Shown here: piece by piece, positions 1-12,465 of the stretch
Numbering within the stretch: position 1 is the stretch's first letter
How the letters are laid out: each line of letters starts with the position of its first letter
Assembly (NCBI RefSeq): GCF_001194135.2
Contig: NC_069000.1
Span: forward strand, 34,571,709 to 34,613,663
Reading direction: 5' to 3'
From: Octopus bimaculoides
Taxonomy: Eukaryota
DNA: 41,955 bases
Program-made: the position numbers and the translations under genes
Notes under the pieces: generated by a model
The model's database searches: none
The model's input: only the letters and a program-made list of their open reading frames with translations
What the model was told of the DNA's origin: nothing

Positions 1-181
1 CACACACACACACACACACACACACACGCATATATACGACGGGCTTTTTTCAGTTTCCGTCTACCAAATCCACTCACAAGGCTTTGGTCAGCCCGAAGCT
101 ATAGTAGAAGGTGCCACGCAGTGGGACTGAACCCGGAACCATGTGGTTGGTAAGCAAGATACTTACCACATAGTCACTCCT
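1..181 (-). mobile_element. SINE family A, 5' half (tRNA-like head plus CA linker), with 13-nt internal deletion
   Basis: Reverse complement reads GGAGTGACTATGTGGTAAG...GGTTCCGGGTTCAGTCCCACTGCGTGGCAC (A/B-box-like); matches other copies such as 17460-17600. Confidence 0.9.
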
Positions 182-323
182 TCGTGTCGGATGTCATCAA
201 GATCAGGCCTTGTAGCCCACATTCGAGCCGGGTAGGAAACGATTTCTGAACAGAACAGTCAACTTTCACCTACAACGGACAGCCGACGATGACCATCTGT
301 ATGTATATAAGTACGTGAGTGTA

Positions 324-364
<41 letters not shown>

Positions 365-1075
365 ATCTGTGTTTGGATAGATAGATAGATAGATAGATGT
401 GTTATATTTTCTGTGGGATTTCTTTTCTTTATGGCGTTCAAATCGGTCACTAACAAAGTGACAAGACTTTGAGATGAAGACAATTCCCGGAGTTTGTAAA
501 TCTGTGTTTTGTGTTAGTATTAGTGTGTCTGTGTGTGTGTGTGTACACCTGCATTTATGTTGTGTGAACTTGTCTCTTTAGGACTTGGGTGTTTGTGCTT
601 GCGTTCGTGCATGTCTGTGTTTGTATGTGTGTGTGTTTGCAGATGCACATCAATCACTAAGTGTGTGTATGATGCATATATGTATTTATGCATATACGCA
701 TGGATAGACGGATGGATGGATAGATGGATGAATGGATGGTTGGACACCTATAAAGAACCTTCGAAAGAAATATTATAAAGGGATAACAAGACAACTTTCC
801 TGCCAAAAGCAGAAGACTGAAAGAAGGTCTCTAAAAATCTGTGGAGGCTGTGAAATTTTATTACGTAGGTAGCAGGGCTCATGATGAATCCCCACCTGAT
901 TCTTCGGTCTCCGCTCTAATGTGACCCGGCGTGCATATATTGCAGATATTTCCATAATTCTCAATTTTAATATGTATTTTGAACTAACACACAACAGCAA
1001 CTGAGACTACATGCTGGATTGTAATAATGAAATAAGCAGATGTGCTTCAAGTGGAAACAGATGGGATTTACCCAG

Positions 1076-1366
1076 GATTTGGTAGACGGAAACTGGAAAG
1101 AAGCCCATCGTGTATATATATAAATGTATATATGTGCGTGTGTATGTGTATTTGTTATTTGTCTGTGTTTGTATCCCCACCTTCGCTTGACAACTGATGT
1201 TGGTATGTTTACGTCCCCGTTAATTAGCGGTTCGGCAAAAAGAGCCCGATAGAATAAGTGCTAGGCTTACAAAGAATAGGTCCTGGGGTCGATTTCTTCG
1301 AATAAAGGTGGTACTCCGGCATGGCCGCAGTCAAATGACTGAAACAAATGAAAGAATAAAAGAATA
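1076..1366 (+). mobile_element. SINE family A, 5'-truncated copy
   Basis: GATTTGGTAGACGGAAAC...GCATGGCCGCAGTCAAATGACTGAAAC plus AAAGAAT tail, shared with about 20 copies in the window. Confidence 0.9.
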
Positions 1367-1370
1367 TATT

Positions 1371-2620
1371 GGAGGGTAAGCAAAAAATTATACTCACCCT
1401 TGTTTCTGTAATTTATTGAAACTATAGCAGTGGTTGAACGATTACATCATTTTTCAACATAGTCTCTTTGCATTTCGATGCTCTTCTTCATGCGGTCCAC
1501 AGGCTTGCTGCTTATTCCACTGGAGAATAAATAAGGTCGCGCAGCCATTTATTTACCGCTTCCTGCACATCTTTGTCCGTAGCAAATCGACGACTTCGTA
1601 AAAGATGTTTGAGTGGTCCAATGGGGTAAAAATTAAAAGCGGCGAGATCTGGACCGTATGCAGGGAGTTCCAGAAAGTCGAAACCCAATTTTTCAATGGC
1701 TTCGACGGTGTGGGCGGTCGTATGTTGGTTTGCATTGCTCTGCAACCATAACACTTGATTTGGTAATAGACTTCGTTGTTTGATGCGAATTGTTGCTTTC
1801 AGTTTGTTGATTAGCATTTCACTGCAACCTTCACTGGTGACTGTAGAATCTTTTCCCTGGTAATGTTCGTATAGGCTTTTTTGCATCTCAGAAAACGGTT
1901 ACCATTACTTTTTCTGTGAGAGGTTGCGTTTTCAATATCTTTTGCGCTGGTGATAGACCCAGAGATAGTTATCTCTAAAAGAGATAGACCCAGGTATCAT
2001 CCTTTATGACTATTCTCTCCAAAAAAAGCTTCATCCTTGCGGTGGTCGAATAAGCGTTGACAGATCTCCACACAATTGCACTTATGTGCTTCGGTAATCA
2101 ATCTTGGCACCCATCTTGCACGGATTTTACGGAAGCGAAGGCTTGTTGTGGATGATTTCGTATGCAGAACTATGATTAATTTGCAGAAAATATACCATCT
2201 CATCACTGGTCAGTGATCGGTTTGTCAGAACCATCTTTCAAGTCTGTTGAATCTTCACGTCAGTGGTGAAAGTTGATAAGTATCCTGCTCTCTCTTCGTG
2301 CTTTACGCTTTACAGCCATTTCAAAATTTCTCGATACACTTTCGCACAGTAGAGCACTGTCCTTGTATTTAATTTGGACGCCTACAATGAATTTCATCCC
2401 TTGACACACCTTCAGACCAGAGAAATCGGATTACTGATTTCTGTTCTTACTTGTCTACACTGTCAGCGGAGCCGTTATATTTAGTCTGTAACACGAAAGG
2501 AAAACTGGAACGATCAAGGTCGAACCTCGGTTACGTTAGTGTATCACCTATTAGCATGTGAGCACTGAAGATAGCGCAGCCAACCTAAAGAAAGTGCGGA
2601 TAATTTTTGTCTTCCCTTAC
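1371..2620 (-). mobile_element. Decayed full-length mariner (Tc1/mariner, DD34D-type) transposon
   Basis: Imperfect TIRs 1371-1397 and 2594-2620 (20/27 matches by eye), about 1.25 kb, transposase motifs on the minus strand. Confidence 0.9.
1512..2478 (-). pseudogene. Mariner transposase pseudogene (stops and frameshifts)
   Basis: Fragments EQKSVIRFLWSEGVS, ARWVPRLIT (WVPHEL-like), RIVIKDDTWVY (first D), LQSNANQH (HDNA-like), AYGPDLAAFN (YSPDLAPxD-like), PLKHLLRSRRF. Confidence 0.9.
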
Positions 2621-3277
2621 TGTGTGTATGTGTGTGTGGTGAGTGTTATGAATACTCCTCCCTCATATAATGTACACTAAAAGAAATTTTTAAAAAGCCA
2701 ACATGGTGGGGGTACAAAGTTCGGCGCTTGAAATAAAGCGAAAGAGTCATAGCGTTTCGTACATTAGTCCTTCATCAGAAAAAAGGGAAAACTATAAGAG
2801 GAGTGAGAAAAAACTAAAATCGGCCAGAATAATAACGGGCAAGTGGTTAGGAGACAGGTGGAATTGCGGTTCTATGAGGGAGAAGCAGATATGCATGTGC
2901 AAGTATGGGAGTGTTTTCGTGTTTAGATATGATGGGAATGGCATATGCGTAGATTAAGTCGAAACACAGTATACGTATGACGTAGTTAATTTATGGTAAA
3001 TGTATGGCAGTGTGCTTTCATAGCATTGCATTTCATGCACAAAATCATACATTTTCCCACTGAAAATCACTTTAACTCTGTAGCATTTAAACCAACCACA
3101 TCTGGCTCAGATATTCTACTTGTTTTATGCTCAAAATGATCATATCCACCTTTCCACCGCAACACGACAATGTCATTCTAAAAATATACAATCACTTCAA
3201 AATCTTGAAGCTGCGAAATGATGCCTGTTTAATTCAAAACAATGGGAATAAATAAGCATTACATTTAATAGAGGAAT

Positions 3278-3281
<4 letters not shown>

Positions 3282-3354
<73 letters not shown>

Positions 3355-3364
3355 TATATATATA
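3282..3364. repeat. (TA)n/(TATG)n microsatellite
   Basis: Directly visible. Confidence 0.95.
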
Positions 3365-4306
3365 ATTGTTAAAGAGGACAACAAACGTTAAGGCAAGGCA
3401 AACATCTCAAGTCGTATACATTATTNNNNNNNNNNNNNNNNNNNNNNNNNNNNNNNNNNNNNNNNNNNNNNNNNNNNNNNNNNNNNNNNNNNNNNNNNNN
3501 NNNNNNNNNNNNNNNNNNNNNNNNNNNNNNNNNNNNNNNNNNNNNNNNNNNNNNNNNNNNNNNNNNNNNNNNNNNNNNNNNNNNNNNNNNNNNNNNNNNN
3601 NNNNNNNNNNNNNNNNNNNNNNNNNNNNNNNNNNNNNNNNNNNNNNNNNNNNNNNNNNNNNNNNNNNNNNNNNNNNNNNNNNNNNNNNNNNNNNNNNNNN
3701 NNNNNNNNNNNNNNNNNNNNNNNNNNNNNNNNNNNNNNNNNNNNNNNNNNNNNNNNNNNNNNNNNNNNNNNNNNNNNNNNNNNNNNNNNNNNNNNNNNNN
3801 NNNNNNNNNNNNNNNNNNNNNNNNNNNNNNNNNNNNNNNNNNNNNNNNNNNNNNNNNNNNNNNNNNNNNNNNNNNNNNNNNNNNNNNNNNNNNNNNNNNN
3901 NNNNNNNNNNNNNNNNNNNNNNNNNNNNNNNNNNNNNNNNNNNNNNNNNNNNNNNNNNNNNNNNNNNNNNNTATATATATATATATATATATATTTGTGT
4001 GTTGTGTAAACACACACACACACAATAAATCAGGATTCAAGTGAATTAGGCCGTTAAATGGTAAGGCCCCGGGTCGAGCCGAAAATTAAAATGAGTACAC
4101 AACAAAAATAGACGAATACATACGCGAGTACCGAAGTACAAGCTTTTGAATGTTTCTGAATTGACTGCGACGATTGCGGGTGATTTATCTCCTCGCTAGC
4201 GATGTAAACAAGAGTGCTTATATGCACCGAAAGTTCGCACGACAGATTCTCTCATGGTAACTGTTGTAGTATACTGTGTTCTAACACAACATCCACTTTT
4301 AAGTGA

Positions 4307-4717
4307 GGCTGTGTGTGTGTGTGTGAGTAAAAAATTCGCTTTGCCGCCACTTGGTTTCAGGTTCAGTCCTACTAACCTTGAGCACGTGTCTTCTACTATA
4401 ACCCCCAGCTAACGAATATTCTGTGAATAAATTTGATTGACGGAAACTGTGTGAAAGCCCGTCATGTATATACATACATAAATATACATATATACATGCG
4501 CATACACATTTCTGTACGTATGTTTGTGTTGTCTCGTCTCTGGTTGACAACCGGTGTTGGTATGTTTACGTCCCCGAAACTTAGCGGTTCGGCAAAGAGA
4601 CCGATAGAATAAGTACTAATCGAACAATGAATAGGCCCTGGGGTCGATTTGCTCGACTAAAGGCGCTGCTCCAGCATGGCCACAGTCAAATGACTGAAAA
4701 AGTAAAAGAGTGAAAGA
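4307..4717 (+). mobile_element. SINE family A, diverged near-full copy
   Basis: Degenerate head GGCTGTG...GGTTCAGTCC, body and 3' end CAGCATGGCCACAGTCAAATGACTGAAA. Confidence 0.85.
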
Positions 4718-4905
4718 GTAGTACCTGTATTTCAAAGGGTCGGCCTTGTCACATTCTGTGTCACACTGAATCTTCCTGAGAACTACGTTAAGAGTACATG
4801 TGTCTGCGGAGCACTCAGCCATTTGCATGTTAATTTTACGAGCAGGCTGTTCTATTGATCGGATCAACTGGAATGCTCGTCGTCGAAACCGACGGAATGC
4901 CAGTT
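4714..4905 (+). mobile_element. SINE family C, 3' half
   Basis: Reverse complement of 27427-27625 (GTACCTGTATTTCAAAGG...CTGAGAACTACGTTA...ACCGACGGAATGCCAGT). Confidence 0.85.
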
Positions 4906-5712
4906 TATTAGTAGAGGGGAGTTAGAGAACGAACCGATACTCACCCATCTGCTACTGACACACATACACACACAATCGCGAGCGCATTGGCAGATGAGCG
5001 TAGACACTGGACATATGCGCAGGGGCATATTATTGTAGATAACATGCGTATTTTTGATGTCTAAGCTGTGCTCCAGCTGCCCTTAACGGTGATATTAGAA
5101 ACGAACTTCAGAACACCGGCTGACATCTGCACAGACGCGCGCATATTTCCTATACACACACATACACACATACACATACGATGCAACACGTGCGCTCACG
5201 TATACACATTTTTCGCGATTGTCTGGTATATACACGTGTGTGTGCTTGTGCGAAATTTATTATTATGTGCGGTACGCATATATTTACTTGACTGTAATAG
5301 CCACACATGCACACACATACACTCATAAATGCACGCGCACACACACGCACACATGTTACAAGTATGCATGCACGCACAGCTATAAATTTGGTGACATTTT
5401 TGCAGATGAATGCACAAACATTCAATTTTAATAAAACTACTCTCATACATATACATATATAGATACCCAAGTAAAAAAAGAATTACTTTTAAACGCAACA
5501 CATTTGACAAGTTTTCCAGACAAGCGTATGTGAGCGCGCATCAGACACCAATATACACACATCCACACACATATACAAGCACACATTCATATAAGTAGCT
5601 GCTCATGTATCGTATCTATATTAAAAGTTTACAAGTTTCGCCTTACTGTAATTGTTTGTGTATATATGTATGCATACATACATATATATATGTGTATGTG
5701 TGTGTATGCATG

Positions 5713-6040
5713 TATTTCGTTTTTGGATTTGGTTTGCAAGATTCTTTGTGAGTTCGTGTGTTAAAGCATATTCTGTTGTGTCTGGGGAGAGTCATTCTCT
5801 TTTAGTGCCTTATAATTTAACACACCGGTAAAATTTCCACTCATTTACTTATTTACTTTTTTTTAAAACTTTCGTTGCGTCTTGCAACCTTTTCAATGTT
5901 GACTCTCAACAACTATTGTAAAGGTTGCAAAACGCAACGAAAGTTTTAGAAAAATAATAAGTAAACGAGTAGAAATTTTACCGGTGAGTGTGTTAAATTA
6001 TAAGGCACTAAAAGAGATTGACTCTCCTCAGACACCACAG
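5713..6040. mobile_element. Asymmetric palindrome of PLE-like terminal repeat with hammerhead-like motif in each arm
   Basis: Arms 5773-5897 and 5915-6040 are inverted copies; left arm extends about 60 nt further; same family as 12058-12386. PLE assignment is inference. Confidence 0.75.
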
Positions 6041-6046
6041 TATATG

Positions 6047-6112
<66 letters not shown>
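6047..6112. repeat. (CA)n(TA)n microsatellite
   Basis: Directly visible. Confidence 0.95.
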
Positions 6113-6113
<1 letters not shown>

Positions 6114-7658
6114 TTATGTACCCATACACACGCGCGCAATTATATATATATATATATATGCATATATGTATATGTGTGTTTGCACATATATAGACACACA
6201 CACATGCACACAGACGCATGCACATGCTTAGCTACGCAATTCAGTTTTCACATAAACCATGCTTATATATTGTTACATCTACAACGTGGTTTGACACATA
6301 CGCTCCTAAATTTAGCGCTACATACAGACACACACACACGCAGTTAATGTCTCGTGTTGGCATATACAACACACACAATTACCAAATCTCTCACACATAC
6401 ACACATTAACACATATACACATAATGACAGGGTCTGTCTTGCTCTTTCTTTCCTTTATTACAAACACAGCTATAGTTTCTCTTTCGCATATATATATTAT
6501 ATATATACATATATTACACTTATCTAGCTTAACTGTTTGAGTATCTCTTTTTCTTATACAGATTTTCACATACAGACACACTTATATATCTAAGTGCTTC
6601 TTTGCTCAGAAATACCCATTTCTCGATTTCGCATCTCTCAAACTCTAAAGCAACTTGCTTCTCACAAACCACGTTACGTCTGTCTGTCTGTTTCTCTCTC
6701 ACACACACACACACACATTAACATAAACAGACATTAATAGCCACATACACACTTTTTCTCACAGGATTAAGATACGCTTTCTCTTTACATACTCACATAT
6801 ATTTTTGTCGCTTTCATTTATTCCTCTCGTACATTCTTACTAGACACACACACACACACACACACACATACACAAACAATTAACTGCTCAAACATCTTTC
6901 TCACGAAATTATATACACGTCTAAGTTCTTTCTTTCTCTCTCACACATACACACTCACAAGTATAGACACACGCGTCTTTCTCACGAAATTAATATATAT
7001 TATACGTTTAGTTATTTCTTCCTCGCTCTCTCACACACACTCACATATACCTACACATACTTGTCTTTCTCACGAAATTACATACACACATATACACACT
7101 CTTTTCGGCTTTGCATACATATAGTCAGTTATGTTCACAAACACAGATATCCCTCCTATTTATACACATACAAGGATACACACACACTGATATACCTCAT
7201 ATATTTATATACAAATTCATACACGCTCATAGTTTTACCAAGATACGCACATATTCCTCATACTTATACAGACACATACACACACACACAGTCTTGCCGG
7301 CATAGCACACACACACATACACATACACACAAACACACACGCAGAAATGTCCACCTCATAGATACGTCCACGTACATACCAACTCACACCCTTCGTACAT
7401 ATCACACATGCATACACACGTTTACACAAAGACAAAACTAAAAGGCTTGGTAGCTGTAGTAGTCGTAGTAGTAGCAATAGTAATAATAGTAGTAGCAGCA
7501 GCAGCTGTAGTAGCAGTAGTGGTGGTGGTGGTGGATTAATTTGAGGGTGAGTGCCTCAGCAAGTTTTACTATATAACATCAGCAGCAACAGTAGTAGTAG
7601 TAGTTATCGTAAAAACTTTTGGGGGAGATGCACTCAACCCCTTCCCTCCCCACTTGCT

Positions 7659-7700
7659 TTCTCTCTCTCTCTCTCTCTCGCCCTCCCTCTTTCACTTCTT

Positions 7701-7743
<43 letters not shown>

Positions 7744-7819
7744 GTGAGTTGTTGAGNNNNNNNNNNNNNNNNNNNNNNNNNNNNNNNNNNNNNNNNNNNN
7801 NNNNNNNNNNNNNNNNNNN

Positions 7820-7865
<46 letters not shown>
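7659..7865. repeat. (CT)n microsatellite spanning an N-gap
   Basis: Directly visible. Confidence 0.9.
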
Positions 7866-7868
<3 letters not shown>

Positions 7869-8036
7869 GTGAGTTGTTGAGGTCGATGGTAAGTAGGTCA
7901 GTGCGAGAAACTTGATCACATGTCAACTAGCCCCCCCCCCGACTTATGTACTTGTGGCTGTGTGTGTGTGTATATATGTGTGTGTGTGAGTATGACTGCG
8001 TGAACGGCTGAGTCTATGTATGTGTATATGTATGTA

Positions 8037-8081
<45 letters not shown>

Positions 8082-9077
8082 CTATCTGTGTCTCTTTCTC
8101 TCTCTGATCTATGCGCGCGTGTGTGAATCTGTACGTATCTATGTGCGTATGTATATATGTATCTATGTGCTTTTAGTACGTGAATGTGTGTGTATGTGTG
8201 TCTATATGTGTTGGCAGTGTATGTGCATCTATATACGGTTGTCTCTATGTGTGTAACTGTCTCTGATCTGTGTATGTCGGTGTGTGCGTGTACGTCTGTG
8301 ACTACATATATATGCGTAACTTTGCGTATCTCTGCGCCTTTGGTGTGTGTGTGTGTGTGTATGTGCCTTTCTCTATTTGTGTGTCTATAGTGTGGGAATC
8401 TTGTGTTTGCGTGTATTTGTGTATGTCGACATGTATGTCTATGTATGTATTATGCATGTGTGTGTGTGTGTGTGTGTGCATGTCTTTTGAGTGTCTCTAA
8501 GTGTATGAGCATGTCTGTCTCTCAATGTGTATATATATATATATGTATATAATATTTATATCGTCTGCTGTCCTTCACTTCCACTACTACTAATAAATAA
8601 TAGTAAAAGAACTTTTCACAATATTATTATTATTATGTTTATTTGTTACTTGAAACTTCAAACTCTGTTGTTGTACTGAACATTTTATTTATTTATTTAT
8701 TCTTTTGCTGGTACTTTCTCCCAGTCATCATTGTTGCTGTTGTTATTGTAGTCGTCTTTGTGTCTGTTTTACTATAATAGCTAGTTTCAAAATGTCTCCA
8801 ATGTATGCGTGTGTGTGTGTGCGCGCACACGCGAACGTTTTACTATCACTCTTTCCTGTCTGTGCCGATAAAATTTGCGTATATGTGTATTTTTAACATT
8901 GCTATTTCCTAAGCTTCTGAGAAGTTGTATGCGTGTGTGTACATAGTGTGTGTCCGTGTATATACGGTATGTCTGTGTGTGTGTGGTTTTTTTTTACTAT
9001 AAGTGTTTTCTAAGTATATGCGTGCGTGTATTTTGTATGTGTGTGTGTGTGTGTGTGTATTACTATAACTTTTCTCA

Positions 9078-9470
9078 GTGTCTGAGAATGTATGTATGTG
9101 TGTGTGTGTGTTTTACTATTACTATTTTCAATGCGTCCAAAAGTTTCTATACGTAATTTCTAGTGTGTCTGAGAATGTATGTATGTGCGTGTTTTATTAT
9201 TACTATTTTCAATGCGTCTAAAAGTTTCTATACGCAGTTTCTAGTGAGTGTGTGTGTGTCTGAGAATGTATGTATGTATGTATGTGTGTGTGTGTGTGTG
9301 TGTATGTGTGTGTTTTACTATTACTATTTTCAATGCGTCTAAAAGTTTCTATACGCAGTTTCTAGTGAGTGTGTGTGTCTGAGAATGTATGTATGCATGT
9401 GTGTGTGTTTTACTATTACTATTTTCAGTGCGTCTAAAAGTTTCTATACGTAGTTCCTAGTGAGTGTGTT
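9078..9470. repeat. Minisatellite, 4 units of about 87-118 bp with variable internal (TG)/(TATG) tract
   Basis: Unit GTGTCTGAGAATGTATG...TTTTACTATTACTATTTTCAATGCGTCTAAAAGTTTCTATACG repeated four times. Confidence 0.9.
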
Positions 9471-10427
9471 TGTATCTTTTTAAAAAATTACTATTATCTG
9501 AGTGTCAGAAACTTTGTACATGTGTATTTCTGATAATTATTTTCTATGCATATAAATTTTGCCTGGGTGTGTGTATGTTTTCTAAGCGTTTGTAAATTTG
9601 TATGCGTGTGTATAATAGTATTGTATGTTTGTGCGTGTGTGTGTGTGTATTTTTACTATAACTATTTTTAAAAACACCAGTGTGTATGTGTATATAAAAT
9701 TCCTATGGTGTGTGAGCGTAGAGAGAGTGAGAGAAAGAAAGAGAGAGAGAGTGTGTGTGTGTAACTATTTTTCTATGTATACTGTATGTGTGCGTAGAAT
9801 ATTTTTACTATAAACTGCTTCTACAAAATACTTCTTGTAACACACACACGCTCTTTACAAACACACATATATATACACAGGAAATAGCTTTTGTAAAACG
9901 CTATATTTTTATATCATGTGTGTTTGTGTGTACAAGTTTTCTCGTTGCGTATGTTTTCTATATATAACGTATGCGAGTTTTGTACATATGTACATAAAGT
10001 GTGTATATATTTACTATAACTACTTTCTGTGCGTCTAAGAGAGTGTGTGTGTGTGATATTTTTTACTATAGCTGCTTTCTGAAGTTCTATTTTATTATAT
10101 AGCTATTTTATATGTCTCTACCGGCATATATGCATATAAAATGCGTTATGATTTACGATAACTGTGTTACAATAAATATTTTCCGATGTCTAATAATTAA
10201 GTATATATAAAATGCGTGTGTATAATACATTTGCCACAACTATTTTCCGTATATAAGGTTCATGTGTTTATAAAGAAAGTAAACATACGTTTTTTTTTTA
10301 TATATATACATAATATTATCATGTATTTGTTACTTGGAAACTTTTTAAATCCTCGTATATATATGTGTATAAAGTGTGTATATGTATGTACGTATATATG
10401 TGTGTTTTACTGTCTATGTATGTGTAT

Positions 10428-10524
10428 CCACTGCGTGACACCTTGGGCAAGTGTCTTTTATAACTTCGGGCTGACCAAAGCCTTGTGAGTGGATTTGGTA
10501 GACAGAAACTGAAAGAAGCCCGTC

Positions 10525-10559
<35 letters not shown>

Positions 10560-10790
10560 CCTACGTGTATGTCTTTGTGTCTCTTTCGCCCCCCCCCCCG
10601 CTTGACAACCGGTGCTCCTGTGTTTACGTCCTCATAACTTAGCGGTTCGGCAAAAGTAACCGATAGAATAAGTATCAGGCTTATAAGAAAAAGAGATACT
10701 GCCGTAGTGGAGTCGATACATTCGACTAAAGATTCAAGGCGGTGCCCCAGCATGGCCACAGTCTAATGGCTGAAACAAGTGAAAGATAAA
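10428..10790 (+). mobile_element. SINE family A, head-truncated
   Basis: CCTTGGGCAAGTGTC...CAGCATGGCCACAGTCTAATGGCTGAAACAAGT. Confidence 0.9.
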
Positions 10791-11312
10791 GTTGTGTGTG
10801 TGTGTGTGTGTGTGAGTATATGTAAGCGTAACTGTGATTCTAAGGCCTGTGTATGTGTGTTCCTGTGTTTGTAAGTGTAGAGAGTTTGACAGGCAGCGTA
10901 AAAAAAAAAGAAAGAAAAAAGACGAGATGAGTTCGTGGCCAATATTATAAGTTTCAGAGAATGAAAAAAGTAAATTTTGACGTTTCGGGTATTTTTCCTT
11001 CGCCAGCACGATAATCGTCTTCCTTTTTTCTCCTGTATCCAAAGGACATAGCCTTGCACAAAACGAGTTGAACACATCTATCACAAGGTAATTTGCATAA
11101 TTTAAGCAAAAATGAGGTGAGAGAAATCACTCAGTGGCCAGTGGTATGCATATGAACAGCATTAGATAAATGCAGGTATATCAAATACCAAACAACTCAC
11201 ATATGCACACACGTGTGTACACACGTATAGGGAGCAGTGCTTCTCGAAGCACATAAAGTTGTAAATAATAGCATATAAATATTGGGTTGAATCACCCTTT
11301 CCATTTCCATTT

Positions 11313-11421
11313 ACCACATCCACTCAAGACTTTGGTCGACCCGAGGCTATAGTAAAAAGTATTTGCTCAAGGTGCCACGCGGTGGGACTGAACCCGATAC
11401 CATGTGGTTGGGAAGCAAGTT
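11313..11421 (-). mobile_element. SINE family A, head fragment
   Basis: CAAGGTGCCACGCGGTGGGACTGAACCCG matches family head in reverse. Confidence 0.85.
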
Positions 11422-11952
11422 TATATAGATAGTTAGATATAGATAGATAAATAGATACATGCGTGCACGCACAGATATACGTTTGAAACGTAAGCCGTAA
11501 CTTTTAAACAGTTAAGTTTTCACTCTGTGGTTGAAGCGTCAAAGAAGTTGTTTCGCCGTATGTGGGATCGTTCTAAATTCTGCACTTCAGAGTTCTTCGT
11601 CAGAGAAAGTATAACCAACTTCTATGGAATCATTATTTATAAACGTACACAAACGAGAAATCAATTTAACCGGTCATTCTAATTTACATAGCAGTGCATA
11701 CATTGTCAAAACGGATTAATTGATTGATTAAAAATTAATTCACTGTGCACTGTACATTAGTTTCTTTTTCTGTTTTGTTTTTTTAATAATTAGAAATGCA
11801 AAATAATACGTTTTCATAAGCAAGCAATTTAAACTTCACCGCGAAAAAGTAAACATTCTTATGACACGCTGTGTACGAATTGCTTTAAAGGCGTGATATG
11901 TTAATGCTTTCGTTGTCAACAACCATGCATAATACAATCACTCTCACTCACT

Positions 11953-11969
11953 ATCTATCTATTTGTCTA

Positions 11970-12036
<67 letters not shown>

Positions 12037-12057
12037 GTTTTTCTTGATATATATATA
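11953..12057. repeat. (CTAT)n and (TA)n microsatellites
   Basis: Directly visible. Confidence 0.9.
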
Positions 12058-12385
12058 TATTTCGTTTTTGGATTTGGTTTGCAAGATTCTTTATGTGAGT
12101 TCGTGTGTTGAAGCATATTTTGTTGTGTCTGGGGAGAGTCATTTTCTTACTATGCCTTAAAATTTAACACACTCAACGGTAAAATTTCCACTTATTCCTT
12201 ATTTTTATTTTCCTAAAATTTTCGTTGCGTCTTGCAACCTTTTCAATAGTCTTGACTATTGAAAAGGTTGCAAGACGCAACGAAAATTTCAGGAAAAATA
12301 AAAATAGGAATTAAGTGGAAATTTTACCGGTGAGTGTTTTAAATTATAAGGCACAAAAAGAAAATGACTCTCCCCAGACACAACA

Positions 12386-12386
<1 letters not shown>
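12058..12386. mobile_element. Asymmetric palindrome of PLE-like terminal repeat with hammerhead-like motif in each arm
   Basis: Centre CAATAGTC-TT-GACTATTG (12244-12261); inverted arms 12121-12251 and 12254-12386; left arm about 60 nt longer. Confidence 0.8.

Positions 12387-12387
<1 letters not shown>

Positions 12388-12463
<76 letters not shown>
12388..12463. repeat. (TA)n(GA)n microsatellite
   Basis: Directly visible. Confidence 0.95.

Positions 12464-12465
<2 letters not shown>

Noticed and set aside
5622-5645. Minus-strand GGCGAAACTTGTA, 3' half of a hammerhead-like motif
   Set aside because: 5' core and stem II partner absent; too short to call.
7700-7880. Direct repeat (CT)n-CCCTGTGAGTTGTTGAG on both sides of a gap
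   Set aside because: Identical sequence flanking a short N-run is most likely an unmerged contig overlap.
6895-9470. CRISPR array interpretation of spaced repeats
   Set aside because: Eukaryotic context, spacers related to each other, no cas genes.
11545-11610. Minus-strand CTGACGA...GAAAC hammerhead-like spacing
   Set aside because: No stem II closing pair and no stem I or III support.
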